Positions 13,535 through 26,937 of a DNA stretch of 64,000 nt are shown piece after piece (positions within the stretch are counted from its first letter, which is position 1; each line of letters begins with the position of its first letter). The notes under the pieces are model-generated. The model was not told the DNA's origin and did no database searches. It was given only the letters and a program-made list of their open reading frames with translations. The DNA lies in assembly GCF_006345805.1 (NCBI RefSeq), contig NC_043000.1, positions 117,056,001-117,120,000 of the forward strand, read 5' to 3'. The stretch comes from Octopus sinensis. Taxonomy: Eukaryota. A program made the translations under genes and the position numbers.

Positions 13535-14700
13535 GTTTCCTTATTAGCCACACGGCCGAACACAGAGGGGACAAAATACAAAATAGAGCTTTTCCTTTCA
13601 AAAAAAGGAAAGAAAAAAAAAGAAGAAAAATAAAATTCTGATCAAAGGGGATCGTAAGAAGAAAAGATGATCAAACGGGATCGTGTATCACAGAAAATAT
13701 TTAAAATGTAAAAAGCAAGATTAGGTTTATCCGTGGAAAGAAAAACGGAAAAGACCACGGTAACCTCAGGCAGGGAGGAATAAACGCGAGAGCAAAGTGC
13801 TCTCTCTCTCTCTTTCTCTCTCTCTCCTCTCTCTCTCTCTCTTTCTGTCTCTCTCTTACTGTCTTTCTCTCTCTTACTGTCTCTCTCTCTCGTCGATTTA
13901 GAGGAACATGCTCAAAGTGGATTCGTCACTTGCATGTACCATCTTTGCTACATTCACCCACCTTTTATTGAAACATTCAGGAGACAAAATTTGCCTCTCT
14001 ATTCTTACCTTCCTTTCCAAGTGGTAATTGACGAGCGATTGGCTGGAGAGAAAAGTATTTGTCTCTAAACCTTTCGCTCGAGTCCACCAGACACATTCTT
14101 TCACCATGGCCACCAGAACGATGAAGACTGCCTTGCCTTCCCGGTTAGGGGGAGTGGCGGAGCAATTTTCACGATAGATTCGGCCGACAAGCGAACTCGT
14201 CCCACACGTGATAGCAGCCGTTCAGCATAAGGTCAAAGGTCCGAAATGGTTGGACACTGCGCGAGTGCATGCAGAACGGTTTCATCGCATCTCGGGCAAG
14301 TCGGTCCGGTGTATCTCAAACCGTGCCTGTAGAGCTTATCTCGAACGGGTAATGCTTCTCGTTAGCACTGCCAGGCCAGTGATCTCTGGTGATTGTCCAT
14401 AGATCCCGGCCCGAAAGTTGTCCTAAACAGACGGGTCAGGTGTTCCTTGTCGACGCCCATATTCTACTCGAGACGGTCGTCGTACCTCCCCTCCACTAAT
14501 CCTCTATAGAACCCCTTTGAGGAAGTGAAGTCGCACATGTTTGGTTCCGGACGGCAGAGTTGCTTGAGAACAAGGCAGTACTCGCGGTTCCATTCGCCTA
14601 GCCTCGGTCTCTGTTTGATCCACGACTGCAGTTCGGCCAAAGAGACGAACTGCAGGAAAGCGCGCCGCACAAACGGTGAACACACCTGTTCACTGTCTTC
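13535..14700 (-). mobile_element. Tx1-like LINE 3' fragment with 3' UTR
   Basis: C-terminal zinc-finger region DETVLHALAQC, then VAMVKECVWWTR..FNKRWVNVAKM with a stop at 13898. The 3' UTR ends at a (TCAA)/(TCTA)n tract. Confidence 0.8.
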
Positions 14701-14702
14701 TA

Positions 14703-15988
14703 CAGGGTTAGGAAGTAAAAGTTGGAAAATAATAGATAATTCACCAAATTGTTTATATTGCAACAACCAGCAACCTGACATAAATATAATTTTAACAAGT
14801 TTATAGGGGTATAAAGAGACAATTTATTCAATATGTCTGCTTTCATTGTCCACCACAACCTTCGCATGCCGCCTGAAGGCGTCACAACTCTTCATGATGA
14901 AGTACTCAGACATGTTGTCCCACTCTACCTTCAGGATTTGCTTAAAATGATCAAGACTTGGATGCGTAATTCTGTTGGTAGAGTGCTCCAATTTGCCCCA
15001 TATTGCATAGTCCAGAGAATTCAAGTCTGGGCTGGAAGAAAGCAAGAAGTTTGCAGGCCAAAAGTCGGCGAAGTTGTCTTCGTAAAATTTTTGCACTTTC
15101 TTTGCCTTGTGAGCAGGAGAACCAGATTTGAGAAACTCACATAATTACCGTTGGGATAGTTAGACTTCAGCCAGAGCGAAACCTTAAACCGCAGGACTTT
15201 ATAATAAACGTCAGTCCCCACCTTTTCCCCAGACTTTCAAAAATGGAGAGGCATCTTTTTTACCGTCAGACGCCACGATACCCGGTATCATGACTTTAAC
15301 TAGAGGCTTGGTCTTCAAGACGTCCTATACCTCAGAAGGTGACTTACCAATGTATCGATCATTGTGACGTTTTAAAACAGCATCAACAGTAAAGATTTTT
15401 ACATCTGAAAATATTTTGACGGTTTGTCTATTGTGCTTTATGCATCGCCACACATTTTTGGCCTTTCCATACCTTTTGGCTTTCATTGCATGAGTCAATA
15501 GGTGCCTCGTTGTCCTTACATATGACTACAAATGTAAATCAGTATGTACACCATTTTTGATTTTCTTTGGATCAACTTTCATGTCCATGGACAGTTTCCT
15601 CATGAGTGTTGTTAGGTCTTTCGAAATTTTAGCTTTGAGAGATTTAAGAAATGCATTATCCCATTTTATATTTATACCTCCACTTCCTTGCTTTCTCTTG
15701 ATGTCGCCAATATCCAGCATTCGTTTCTTAACGTTGTAAACAGTGCTCACAGAGGCCCCAACAGTCTGAGCAATACTACTAATTGCAACTCCGGCACGAA
15801 GCAAATCTGCAATGTGATTTCTCTTAGCTTATTAAGTGGACATGATAGGTGGTATGACTGGAAATTCAGTTAAAATTAACTCTATATACCTCCACCCTGA
15901 AATGGAAAACAATACTTTAGTATTTACGCTCAGGAATATATGAAAAATAAAGCTTCCAAAATATTCCAAGTTTTGCTTCCCCACCCTC
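14703..15988 (-). mobile_element. Full-length maT/DD37D-like Tc1/mariner transposon, transposase decayed
   Basis: Imperfect ~28-bp TIRs (cagggttaggaagtaaaagttggaa / gagggtggggaagcaaaacttggaa) with TA on both sides; HTH-like ORF 15526..15804; SSPDLNSLDYAIWG. Confidence 0.9.
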
Positions 15989-15990
15989 TA

Positions 15991-16950
15991 TGTGCTTTTG
16001 AAATCTCCCAACTGCATCCGGGTAGAGAGATTTCAGTGCACTGCGTGTGTTCTGTGTTATGTGTATGATTTTAATGTGTTCTGGTGGTGGTATGCGTGGG
16101 TGAAAGGCGGCAAGCTGGCCGAAACGTTAGCACGCCTGGCGAAATGCTTAGCGGTATTTCGTCTGCGTTACGTTGTGAGTTCAAATTCCGCCGAGGTCGA
16201 CTTTGCCTTTCATCCTTTCGGGATCGATAAATTAAGTACTAGTTACGCACTGGGGTCGATGTAATCGACTTAATACCTATGTCTGTCCTTGTTTGTCCCC
16301 TCTATGTTTAGCCCCTTGTGGGTAGTAAAGAAATAGGTATGCGTGGGTGATTATTTGTTTTCGTATCGTTTTCTGTTATGCTGTAGGTCTGGATTGTTGG
16401 TGTTTATAGCTGTCAAAATTGTTGAGGGGTTTGGTGTTAGTGTGTTTGTGTTGATGCTTTTGTTTTCCGCGGGTGTTTTGGTTTCGGGAGCGGTAAACCT
16501 CACCGCTTTGATTGTCTGCTCCTCTATTCCTTTTTCCTCTTAATCTCGTTCCCCCTGTGGTCGATTGCCAATCTTCTGTGTCGTCTTCCTCTGACGACAT
16601 GTCGCAGGAATCAGAATGTGGGAGGGGAAGTGTATTGGGGTTTATTTGTGAGTGTATTAATTTTGCTGCTGGTGTTGGTGCTGCTTTGTAACTTTTGGGG
16701 TGTGGTGTATGGGTTTTGGGGGTGGGGTAGGAGTCTTTTTGGCTTTCTCTTGTTTCTTTGGGGTTGCTTTTGTTGGTGATGATGATGGTGTTGTTTTTGT
16801 TCTTGGTGGCGCTGGTGGCGGTGTTGTTTGGTTTGGGCTGGCTTGTTGGTTGCTGGTGTTCCTTCATTTGTTCGTAGAGCTGTTTAATTAGTTCTGCATA
16901 TGGCGGCGTGGGTAGCAGTTCAGGTTTTTTGCTCGGTTTTTCAAACAGTC
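15991..16950 (-). pseudogene. Low-complexity ORF fragment, possibly a LINE ORF1 N-terminus, interrupted by a SINE
   Basis: About 190 open codons rich in Q/N/T/K/P with SSEEDD and RLRGKRNR. After excising the SINE, another frame reads HPRIPPPEHIKII. Family assignment is inference. Confidence 0.35.
16104..16335 (+). mobile_element. tRNA-derived SINE family A, monomer with tail A
   Basis: Box A tggccgaaacgttag, box B gagttcaaattcc; 15-bp TSD ggtatgcgtgggtga at 16089-16103 and 16336-16350. Confidence 0.9.
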
Positions 16951-17026
16951 AGATATAGAACTAATGAATCAAAATACAGAATATAACACAAATCATATGA
17001 GTGAATATCACACACATACACACGCA

Positions 17027-17088
<62 letters not shown>

Positions 17089-17143
17089 CACACAGAGTTA
17101 GAAAGAAAGTTTGATAGATAGATAAAATATAGATAGATAAAAT

Positions 17144-17188
<45 letters not shown>

Positions 17189-17255
17189 AAGATAGATAAC
17201 TAGAGAGAGATAGAGCGATAGAGGAATAGCTAGCTAGGTAGCTAGATAGATAGAC

Positions 17256-17319
<64 letters not shown>

Positions 17320-17753
17320 GGCAGAGACATCGATAGATACAGAAAGACAGAAGTAAAGAAGCTGATAGTTACCAAGAGAGAATAGGAGATCAAAAGTTTC
17401 AAAGGAACTTGCATATAAAAATAGCATGGGATATTTGCGATAGTACTGGGTATGGTGGTAAACATGTTGTACTCGCGGAGTTCTTAGTACACAATTAACA
17501 AACTTAAAAGGATAAACAAGTCGAGAAATAGCAAGGAAAAGGTATTATTGGACTAACTACTATAGATTGAGCAGTTATTGAAGGTAGTGAACAGGGACAT
17601 ATGAAAGAAATAACATATGTACAATGAAACAAGATCGGGAACAATAACCACAAAAAGCCTGCGGTCAGGAACAAGGATAGTATTTAATAAAAGACAGAAT
17701 ACGGAGTGCTAGCAGCTTGTATGTAATACATATGCATACATACATATATATGT

Positions 17754-17816
<63 letters not shown>

Positions 17817-17859
17817 TATATACATATACACATATATATATACACATATATATATATAC

Positions 17860-17938
<79 letters not shown>

Positions 17939-18024
17939 TACATATATATATATATATACATATATATATACATATATATATACATACATACACATATATA
18001 CGTAGATATATATATATACATATA

Positions 18025-18057
<33 letters not shown>

Positions 18058-18078
18058 GCATGTATGTATGTATGTATG

Positions 18079-18124
<46 letters not shown>

Positions 18125-18153
18125 ATATATATTATATATATATATGTGTGTGT

Positions 18154-18191
<38 letters not shown>

Positions 18192-18210
18192 TGTGTGTGT
18201 GTGTGTGTGT

Positions 18211-19206
18211 CTTTTTTCAAGAGAGAGTAGAAAAGTTTGGAATTGTTAGCATTTGAAGCATCTTGGATTTCATCGCATCTATCACTCCACCAATTTTCCT
18301 TCATTCTCCGTCGCTTCCTCTGCACTGTTGCCTTTACTGCCTTCAAATATATGTCGCCACTGTCCTGTTCGCTTACATGTCAACATTTTGCAACATGTTA
18401 AATGCCTTTCGCTTCTTCTCTAAGATAAAATTAACTTCATCATTATCGTCAAACCGATCTTGGTTTTTCTTTTTTTTTACAACAAAGCCAAGAATGTTAC
18501 TACAAATCTCGTACAATCTTTCTTCGAATGACTTCCAGCTTCCATCACAGGACAAATTATTTATCTCACTCACAAACCCACTGCGTACTGACAGAATCTT
18601 AAGTTTAATGACATCAATCCGGCTAAGTAATTTGTCATTATTTGCTCTAACCTTAAGCTTGACAACAAAATTCGCCTTGGCACGAAAAAAGCCTATGATC
18701 AGACCAGCACTCTGCACCACGCATCATTCGTACAATACCAAAGTCCCGAGTATCTCGTTTCCTGGTGAGGATGTATGTCGTTTTATACTTATTCTTTAGT
18801 TGAAACATTATATTCATTACATACAAATCCATCTCTGCGCACATTTGTAACAGTAGCAAACCATTTTATCAAAGGTTGCGACACTTCGGAGCAAGGACGG
18901 CACAGAATTATCAACAAATCCTGAAGATATTGTTGGGGGATGGAAAGAACATTTTGATGAGTTGCTCAATAGACAAACTGGAGTTGATCTCCCTTTTCTT
19001 GATAATATACTCGAGAGATCAATAAAACATCTTATAACAGAAGTTTTAAACCTAGCTGAAAGAAAAGCAGCAATCAGGAAACTGAACAATGGAAAGGACC
19101 CTAGTTTAGATAGACTTGGTGCAGAGAAATATAAATATGGATGCGGTTCAGAGGGTTTGGCAAAGTGAAGAGGTTCTTCCAGATTGGCGTGATGCAACTA
19201 TGGAGA
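18211..19206. mobile_element. RTE-clade LINE fragment with an inverted 5' segment
   Basis: Minus strand 18857->18211 encodes LLLQMCAEMDL..SDHR..WWSDRCDEIQDAS..FYSLLKK. Plus strand 18858->19206 continues SKVATLRSKDG..WKEHFDELLN..NNGKDPSLD..DWRDA. Confidence 0.85.
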
Positions 19207-19208
19207 TA

Positions 19209-19565
19209 CTACTTGGTTGGCAACTAAGTTCTCGCCGCTTTTTTTAAATTTTGGAATTTATTGCGTTTTCAATTTTAGAATCTTTTTTTTTTTTTCGAGA
19301 ATTCTATTTTTGAATTATTTTGGAATCTATTTTGTTTTTTTTCTAGTTATTTTAGTTATTTTTTGTTTATTTACAGATCATTAAAATGGAATGTCAAGTT
19401 AAGAAAAATGAGTATTTTCGACACCTCCTTTTTTTTGCTTTTAATTAAGGTTCTAAGGTCACAAAAACTGCTCGCCACATTTGTGCTGTGTATGGAGAGG
19501 GTGCCATAGCTGAAAGTATCGCTCGTGATTGGTATGCCAAGTTCAAAAGTGGAAATTTTGACTTC
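19209..19565 (+). mobile_element. mariner transposon 5' fragment
   Basis: TIR-like ttggttggcaactaag; MECQVKKNEYFRHLL..ICAVYGEGAIAE..WYAKFKSGNFD. Confidence 0.8.
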
Positions 19566-19929
19566 AAAGAGCATCTCGTTCAGCCAACTGACAAAACAAG
19601 TGACTGTCTGTCAATTTCTGCCACAAGAAGGTGGTGCGTCGATCTTACTTTACAGGTTAGTGCAACGTGGGTTATAATTTGACACTCGAACAGTTCGAGA
19701 TATGCCCAAGTAGATGAAATTGTCTCCCACAAAATTTTTCAGTGTCCATCCATTAGCAATTCGTGAGATTCTGTCGACACATCGGGTTATCAGCCGGAAG
19801 AATCAGCCCACAACCTTCTCAATATAACAGAATTTTCCCTTAGATCAAACAAGGAGGGAAATAATTCAGTATTGATACGCGTCGATAAAAGAATTCAAGA
19901 CTAGATCCAGTTCTAGCTGCAGGACTGAA

Positions 19930-20650
19930 TGCAGCATTTACAGCACAACAAGAGTAGAAACAACAGCAATATAAAGAATGAAACAAACAACGCATGGTTC
20001 GTTCTGAAAAGAGCACTTAGAAGAGAATCACTTAGAATTAGTAAGGTTGTAGTTATAAAGAAATATAGATTAGGGAGACTTAGAAATGAGGCTCTTAGAA
20101 AAGGCTCTCAAACGAAATGCTCGTAGTGGGATTAGCAATCGACAAATTCTTCAACATGAAGCACTTGCTCTAAGACACGAGAGTACGAAAGACACTCGAT
20201 CGGCTCGAGTGACTGAGTCACAACGCGGTAAGAAAGAAATATTTCGGATTTTTGCGGAGCGTAATGAATGTATAGTCTAAAACCTAAATAGATGCATGAG
20301 GTTTTTCAGTAGCATTTGATCGATTTTTCGGGAAGAATGGCAAACGGGAATGCAGGATTGATTTTAGTGACTACTTCGACGGCCTTCCGTGACTCTTGCC
20401 AAGAGAAGTGGAGTGTTGCAGATAACCATTAACAGCTGCGGAAATGCAGCAAGCAATGGCTGGCTGCGGGAGAAACAAATCGCCTGGCTTGGATGGTCTA
20501 CCTTACGAGTTTTTTTATATGCCAGACTTGTTTGGAGACCTCTTGGCAGATATCTACCACAAGTGGCAGCAGAACGGAAGGATTGCCAATTCTATGAGTT
20601 GAAGAGTGATGGCTCTGATAAGAACGGGCCGAAAAATAGAATATCATATT
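19930..20650 (+). mobile_element. Tx1-like ORF2 fragment, old
   Basis: NAWFVLKRALR and NKSPGLDGLPYEFF.MPDLFGDLLADIYHKWQQNGRI match the element at 1-4002. Confidence 0.75.
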
Positions 20651-20669
20651 GATATTTATCATATTGATA

Positions 20670-20840
20670 ACTGATGGTGATGTCCTTACGTCCTCGTAAC
20701 TTAGCGGTTCGGCAAAAGAGACCGATAGAATAAGTACTAGGCTTACAAAGAGTAAGTCCTGGGGTCGATTTGCTCGACTAAAGGCAGTGCTCCAACATGG
20801 CCACAGTCAAATGACTGAAGCAAGTAAAAGAGTAAAACAA
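20670..20840 (+). mobile_element. SINE family B, 3' part
   Basis: cgtaacttagcggttcggcaaaagagaccgatag..caagtaaaagagtaaaa, shared with 54225-54605. Confidence 0.7.
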
Positions 20841-21438
20841 TTATCCCACCTGATGTTTTACTTTGATTCACTTCATTTCAGGTCGGTTGAAATAAAGCAA
20901 TTGTGAAGAACCGTGTTGTTGATTTGATCTATCAATTCACTTCCCCCAAAATAGAACATAATGTAACTACCGTAATATGTTACCATCATGGTTATGACGG
21001 AGCAAAGTACAAGAGAAAAATCATTTATCTTCTATGCTCTTATCCCCTCAGGGGTAGCAATTTTGCTCATAAATTTTCCAGGGTCAAGAAAACTCGTTCA
21101 CACATTATATTCTGTTTGATAGAATCAAACTCTTCTCTTTCGCTTCCTTTTAAATTTATGTTGTAGTATGTTAGAAATCAATATTATTATTAATATCTTT
21201 ATTAATATACTTAAGTTGTTTGCAGAATGGAAAGTTTACGGCTGCAATATACAACTCGTTTATCCACCAAAACCAGAAAAGAGTTCAGGAAAGGAAACGT
21301 GGCCGCCATTCAGATCTTTATGTTTTATATCTTATCAATATAATGCTCTCCTTTTCATGAACAAAAGCATAAATATACATACATACATGCGTTCAGACAG
21401 ACTCACAGACATATATATACATGTGTGTATAATATATA

Positions 21439-21515
<77 letters not shown>

Positions 21516-21600
21516 GAGAGAGATATATATATTTACATATATACAATATATATATATATATGCATATATATATATGTGCACACACACACACATACATATA

Positions 21601-21660
<60 letters not shown>

Positions 21661-22179
21661 CGCACTTAAGGCTTACTTCTGTAATAGCTAATATAAATTG
21701 CACGTGAAAATAAGCCAGAAACACTTACCGTGCCATAGGAATGAGTTACATAATAAATAAGAACTAACAACTGGTTTCTTTCAGAGCTGTCTTCAATGTA
21801 AGAAGTTTCCTCACAGGTTTGTAATACAATATTTTATTTAGATGACAATTTCGAATGACAAGATTGTATTTAAGAGAAGTTTAATCAATTATTGAGGAAA
21901 CAGCATAAGAATATATAATAAGAATCCATATTAACACGATACATAAACTGCGTCGAAATAATATATAATTACATTGAGGAACAAAGTGAATGAAGAAGAA
22001 AAGCAGTTATGAAACCTGGTTTTGCTGTATTTATGTATTTACATACGTGGGATCAAAATTTGAATTTCATTTCTCACCGATTAACAATTTTATCGGCATT
22101 CTTTGCTAAATACTATTGTTTAGTTTTAAGTAAATTTTAGTTTTGCATTAATTTACATAGTATAAATAATTTTGTAGAT

Positions 22180-22530
22180 ACAGGCATGGCCAGGAGGTGG
22201 TTCAGTAACCCGACTCAGAATTATGAGGTCTCGGTTTCAATACTAGAGCGTGCTATCTTGGGTGAGTTATTTTAGCATATCTTCGGATCTCTACATATTC
22301 TGTAAGGGAAACTGATGAGAGATGGACAACTATCTAGAAGCCCGATCGATTTTACCTGAAATTTAAGGGTCCAGGCTGGTCACACTATCGTCACTCTGAT
22401 TGTACCTAACAGTTAAGGCCATAGTACACATGTCTGTGGAATACTCAACCTGCTCGCACATTAATTTACTGAATCAGATTTTCTGATGATCGCACCACAG
22501 AATATTCATCGTCAGACAAACAGAGAACCC
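22180..22530 (+). mobile_element. Highly decayed tRNA-derived SINE
   Basis: Remnant head (ggtttcaatac), central domain and a 3' part similar to the SINE at 36808. Confidence 0.4.
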
Positions 22531-22747
22531 AAAACGGAGAACCCATTAGGGTAAAAATAAAGATGGCAAGGTTTTTGCTGTAGCAATTGAGATGATATTT
22601 GATTCGATTCCATCTAGCCTTCGATGACCAGGCCACCAGGCTGTAAATAGGGGCTCCGAGTATTATGCATCTCCATCTACCTATAGCCCGGGATGTCCAT
22701 CTATAATCATCTACAAGCGAGTTGACTTGCGCGAGAGGTTCCAGTAA

Positions 22748-23122
22748 TCTAAAGATATAAAGCTGAAGTTGTCTGTGTGTGTGTGACAGGTTTGGTAGCC
22801 TTCAACTAACATTATCTCCTCCGAGACCCTGCAGCGCAAGTTGACCAAAATTGAGAGTATAATAGAAGAAGGCTTGCTCTTCATTCTGTAGAGGAAGAAA
22901 TTGAAATAGGACCATGTTTACACCAAAAATTATTTACATCAAAAAGGTGCTTTTTTTCTATGATGTTTTGACTGCTGTGTCGCCATTTTTCGGTGTATTT
23001 CAACCAGAAAAATGTTCACTTAAAGAGAATATCAAGCTACATAATGTAAAATTTTAACTTTTCAAAAATTCCAATTCTAAAGGGTCGAAACAAACCCGAG
23101 CAACGCCGGGCTATACTGCTAG
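22748..23122 (+). mobile_element. Non-autonomous Helitron, 375 bp
   Basis: A|TC start, subterminal hairpin cccgagcaacgccggg, CTAG|T end. Confidence 0.85.
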
Positions 23123-24199
23123 TTCAGTTATAAGGATACAACCATTAAAGTTCTTTTTCCCATATTTTAGTACAACATCTACGATATTTTAGAAACTAAC
23201 TTGAATTAATCCTCTTTCTACTTAATGAATGGCTCAATATAATTAAGCATATTTTATATATTAGATTATTTTCTATATCCCGTTTCCCCTAATTTAGATC
23301 TTGATTTAAAGAAATTACTTTAATTACCACGAATTCCTCATGCTTATCTGTTGGTTTGCGGATATTTACTTGTGCACAAGTATTATTCAAAGCAACACAG
23401 TCAGTTTAAAACGTATTCAACTAATGGAAATTAGACATTGTGTAATAGATCATTGTGTTACTGATTTAAAAATGAAGGAGAGATATGTAAAGATTCAGCA
23501 AAAACTATAGGAATGAACCTGGAGAAGATTACTTCAGATTACGGTATAGGAATTCGTTTAAATTAAGAACTAAAGTAGGGAAATGGGTTGCAGAAAACAA
23601 TCCAATGCATAAAATATGTTTAATTATATTGAATCATTCATTAAGTAGAAACAAGATCCCTGTCAAGATAATTTCTGAAATATCGTAGATACTGTGTAAA
23701 AACTATGGAAGAAATAACCTTAATGACGGTATCCTTATAATTCACTTAATTCGTTATTTGAAAATGCTAAATGTGGTAACAAAAGTAACATCAATATTTT
23801 TTCCGAATGTTTAATTATCAAACGTAAATATGACATCAAACTAGCATATTGTAAAATGTTTCTTGACAGACCGTTTCTAAGTAATTACGAAGAATATTCT
23901 AAGGAAATTTAATACATGCAGCTATAAAATTTCACTAAGGTGTATACCTCATGTCATAATCATTTAAATTTTCTGAATAGATGGGAAAAGGGAAAATCAT
24001 TTGTGCCGTGTTAGCAAGAAGAATTTTCCAGCAATTTGACAATCGCATCCCAATTGTCTAAAACTTACTGCAGGCTATCTTAGTTTTTATTATCTCGGTA
24101 GGGTCATAATGCCAATAAAACTCACACACACTCACTGGTTCTATTACGCTTATATATTATTCATCAACTGATTAACTCTTTAACCAATCAACATATCAA

Positions 24200-25589
24200 T
24201 CGTTTGGTTAAACATTCGATCGAAGTCTTGCATGCGTAACGGACGTGCTGCTTGCAGCATACGGCACCGCGCTGTCTGTTCTTTTCAACTATCTAATACT
24301 TTCCTGATTATTCTGGCCATGCCAAGGAGGCAAACCTTTTGTAACAGTTCTACTGGGCACTCTATTCCGATTTCCTTTATATTCTTCTTGATGATACTCT
24401 TTCGGCACCCTTTCAGTTCAATAGGTTGCAACCCACTTTTTTCTAAGTATCTATAGAGTTCACCAGTTAAAACATCTGACATCAGATTCCACATTAGCAG
24501 TCTTCACCTTCTTCATATTCCATAACCGGGCTATTCCGTAGTTAGGAAGGGTTGTATCTGTCTATTTTTTCACCTTCCTTCTTAAATATTCGTGGGCGAA
24601 AGGGGCATGTAACGTCAACTATATAGCATATGTGGTGCTCCTTGTCCAACACTACTACGTCCTGTCTGTTATGCTCTAGCACCTTATCTATTAGGATTAG
24701 AAAATCCCAGAGGATTTTGCTAGTCTCCGACACTACCACTCTTTGCCGTTTGCGCTCATACCACGCGTTGCCTCTTTCTAGCCCCCACATTTCACAGTTT
24801 TCAATGTAGCACTTTCGTCGCTACCTGGTCGTGTCGGCACAACTTGTAGTGGATTTGGACAACTCTAGGACCTTCGTTCATGATATGGCCAATGGTTTCA
24901 TCCACTCTATTGCAGATTCGGCACAGCGGAGCCACTTGCTCATTACTCAAGTTAACCACCCAGTTCGCGGCCAAAACTTGGTCCTGAGCTGCCATTATAG
25001 GGCTCTTGTTCTCTTTTGGTGGTGTTCCCTTTATCAGTCATTCCCACCTATTTTTCCAGCAATTTCTGTTGTGGCCAGATGGAATTGAAACGTGTAGTCG
25101 CCGCTTGAGGAATTCTTCTTCGTGTCCTTTTCGTACGTCTTCCTATGCTTCCCGTCTTTTTCTCTGACCTCAATACTCCCTCGTTCCTGTCATTAGCAAG
25201 GTTTCCTTACTTTGAGTTAGGTATCTCATTAAGCCCTCGACATCGATAAGCATGCAGTCTTACCCATTTATCAGTCCCCTTCCTCCATTTGCTCTCTTCA
25301 TGTATAGGCGATCAGTGTCTGCACGTGGATGATGGGCTTCATGCATCGTTGGGAGATTTCTTGACTTCCTGTCCATCTCCTTTAGCTCCTCCTCTTTCCA
25401 CTTCAGAATTCCAGCACCATACCGAACTACTGCGACTTCGCGCGAGTTTATTGCTGGGATTATGTTTCTGGCATTCAGCTTTGCAGCCAATATTTTTCTC
25501 ACTCGCTCTTTTTGTCGTTTTCAAGATGTTCTGGTGCTTGATTCCATCTGCATCAAGCAACTCCAGATATTTATTGAGGTTGAATTACC

Positions 25590-25600
<11 letters not shown>
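24200..25600 (-). mobile_element. R4/Dong-like RLE LINE 3' fragment (copy a)
   Basis: AINSREVAVVRYGAG, AAQDQ, CRIC..ETIGH, ILWDF..HNRQD, LLGMARIIRKVL. Confidence 0.85.
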
Positions 25601-25621
<21 letters not shown>

Positions 25622-25640
25622 TATTATTATTATTATTATT

Positions 25641-25795
25641 ATTCAGTAGTTTTACCCTTACAGCGTGCTTTCACTTCACTACCGAGCGCAGCTCTGTGTG
25701 CCCTGGGCGTGTGCTGTGATTTGTTATGATGCTCTGATGGTTATTGTAGTATGGAAAGTGTTCTGCGTAGGATGTGTGCAGTGCCTAGTAGTGCA

Positions 25796-25798
<3 letters not shown>
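25641..25798 (-). mobile_element. RLE LINE 3' tip (copy b), same family as 30301-31561
   Basis: Near-identical to 30301-30455 and flanked by (TTA)n. Confidence 0.85.
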
Positions 25799-25858
<60 letters not shown>

Positions 25859-25865
25859 TTTATTA

Positions 25866-25955
<90 letters not shown>

Positions 25956-25977
25956 ATATTATTATTATTATTACTAT

Positions 25978-26014
<37 letters not shown>

Positions 26015-26015
26015 C

Positions 26016-26066
<51 letters not shown>

Positions 26067-26068
<2 letters not shown>

Positions 26069-26790
26069 GATAAAAACTCAGCACATTTTACTGATGGAAA
26101 CTGTCAGCTGTCCACAGCCAGCAGACTGGTTATGCTTCAAGAACCCTGCAAAGAATTCTTGCAGTTCCAAGCAATGCTGATTTTTGAAGTGTTCTACCTT
26201 CACACTTGCACCACTCTTTTTCAGCTGAAGTGCACCAATTACTATTAGTATCACGTCTGCTCTCTTCATCGTCCACAACCTTCTTATTCCCCACTTCAAA
26301 TCGTCGTAGTTGCTTATTTTTTCTTCTCCTTTCACATTGATCCTGTTGTCACCAAGGCATGCTATGTCAATTATCATGCATGTTCTTTCTTTTTTATTCA
26401 CCACAACAATGTCCGATTTCCGATGTCTGGTCAGGTTATTGCACTGGAGCATTGCATCCCACAAGATTTTGCAATTATCATTCTCGGTGACTTCCTTCTC
26501 ATACCACATCTTTGGTCTTTTTAGGACATGACTTCCACAGAGCTCCCAAAGGATCATTCTTGCCACATTGTAATGGCGCCTCTTGTATTCGTGTTGTGTC
26601 AATTTCGGGCATTCGCTAGCGATGTGCTATACCGTTTCCCCCCGCTTACCACATATTCTGCATCTGTCGCTATTTGTAGTTTTGTCTATTTTGCACTTCA
26701 TATAGTTGGTCTTTAACGCTTGTTCCTGAGCTGCACATATGAGTGCTTCTATCTCGATTTTCAGGTCATTCCTCATCCATAGCGATCAGA
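26067..26790 (-). mobile_element. RLE LINE 3' fragment (copy c)
   Basis: YKRRHYNVAR, KILWD..HRKSDIVVV..IIDIAC, VIGAL. Confidence 0.85.
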
Positions 26791-26838
26791 ACTCTGTAAC
26801 TGTCATTATCATCATCAACATCATCATTATTATTATTA

Positions 26839-26933
<95 letters not shown>

Positions 26934-26937
26934 CTAT

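Noticed and set aside
21730-21880. 50-codon minus-strand open frame ending in a strong GTAAGT donor
   Set aside because: No convincing acceptor and no recognisable protein.
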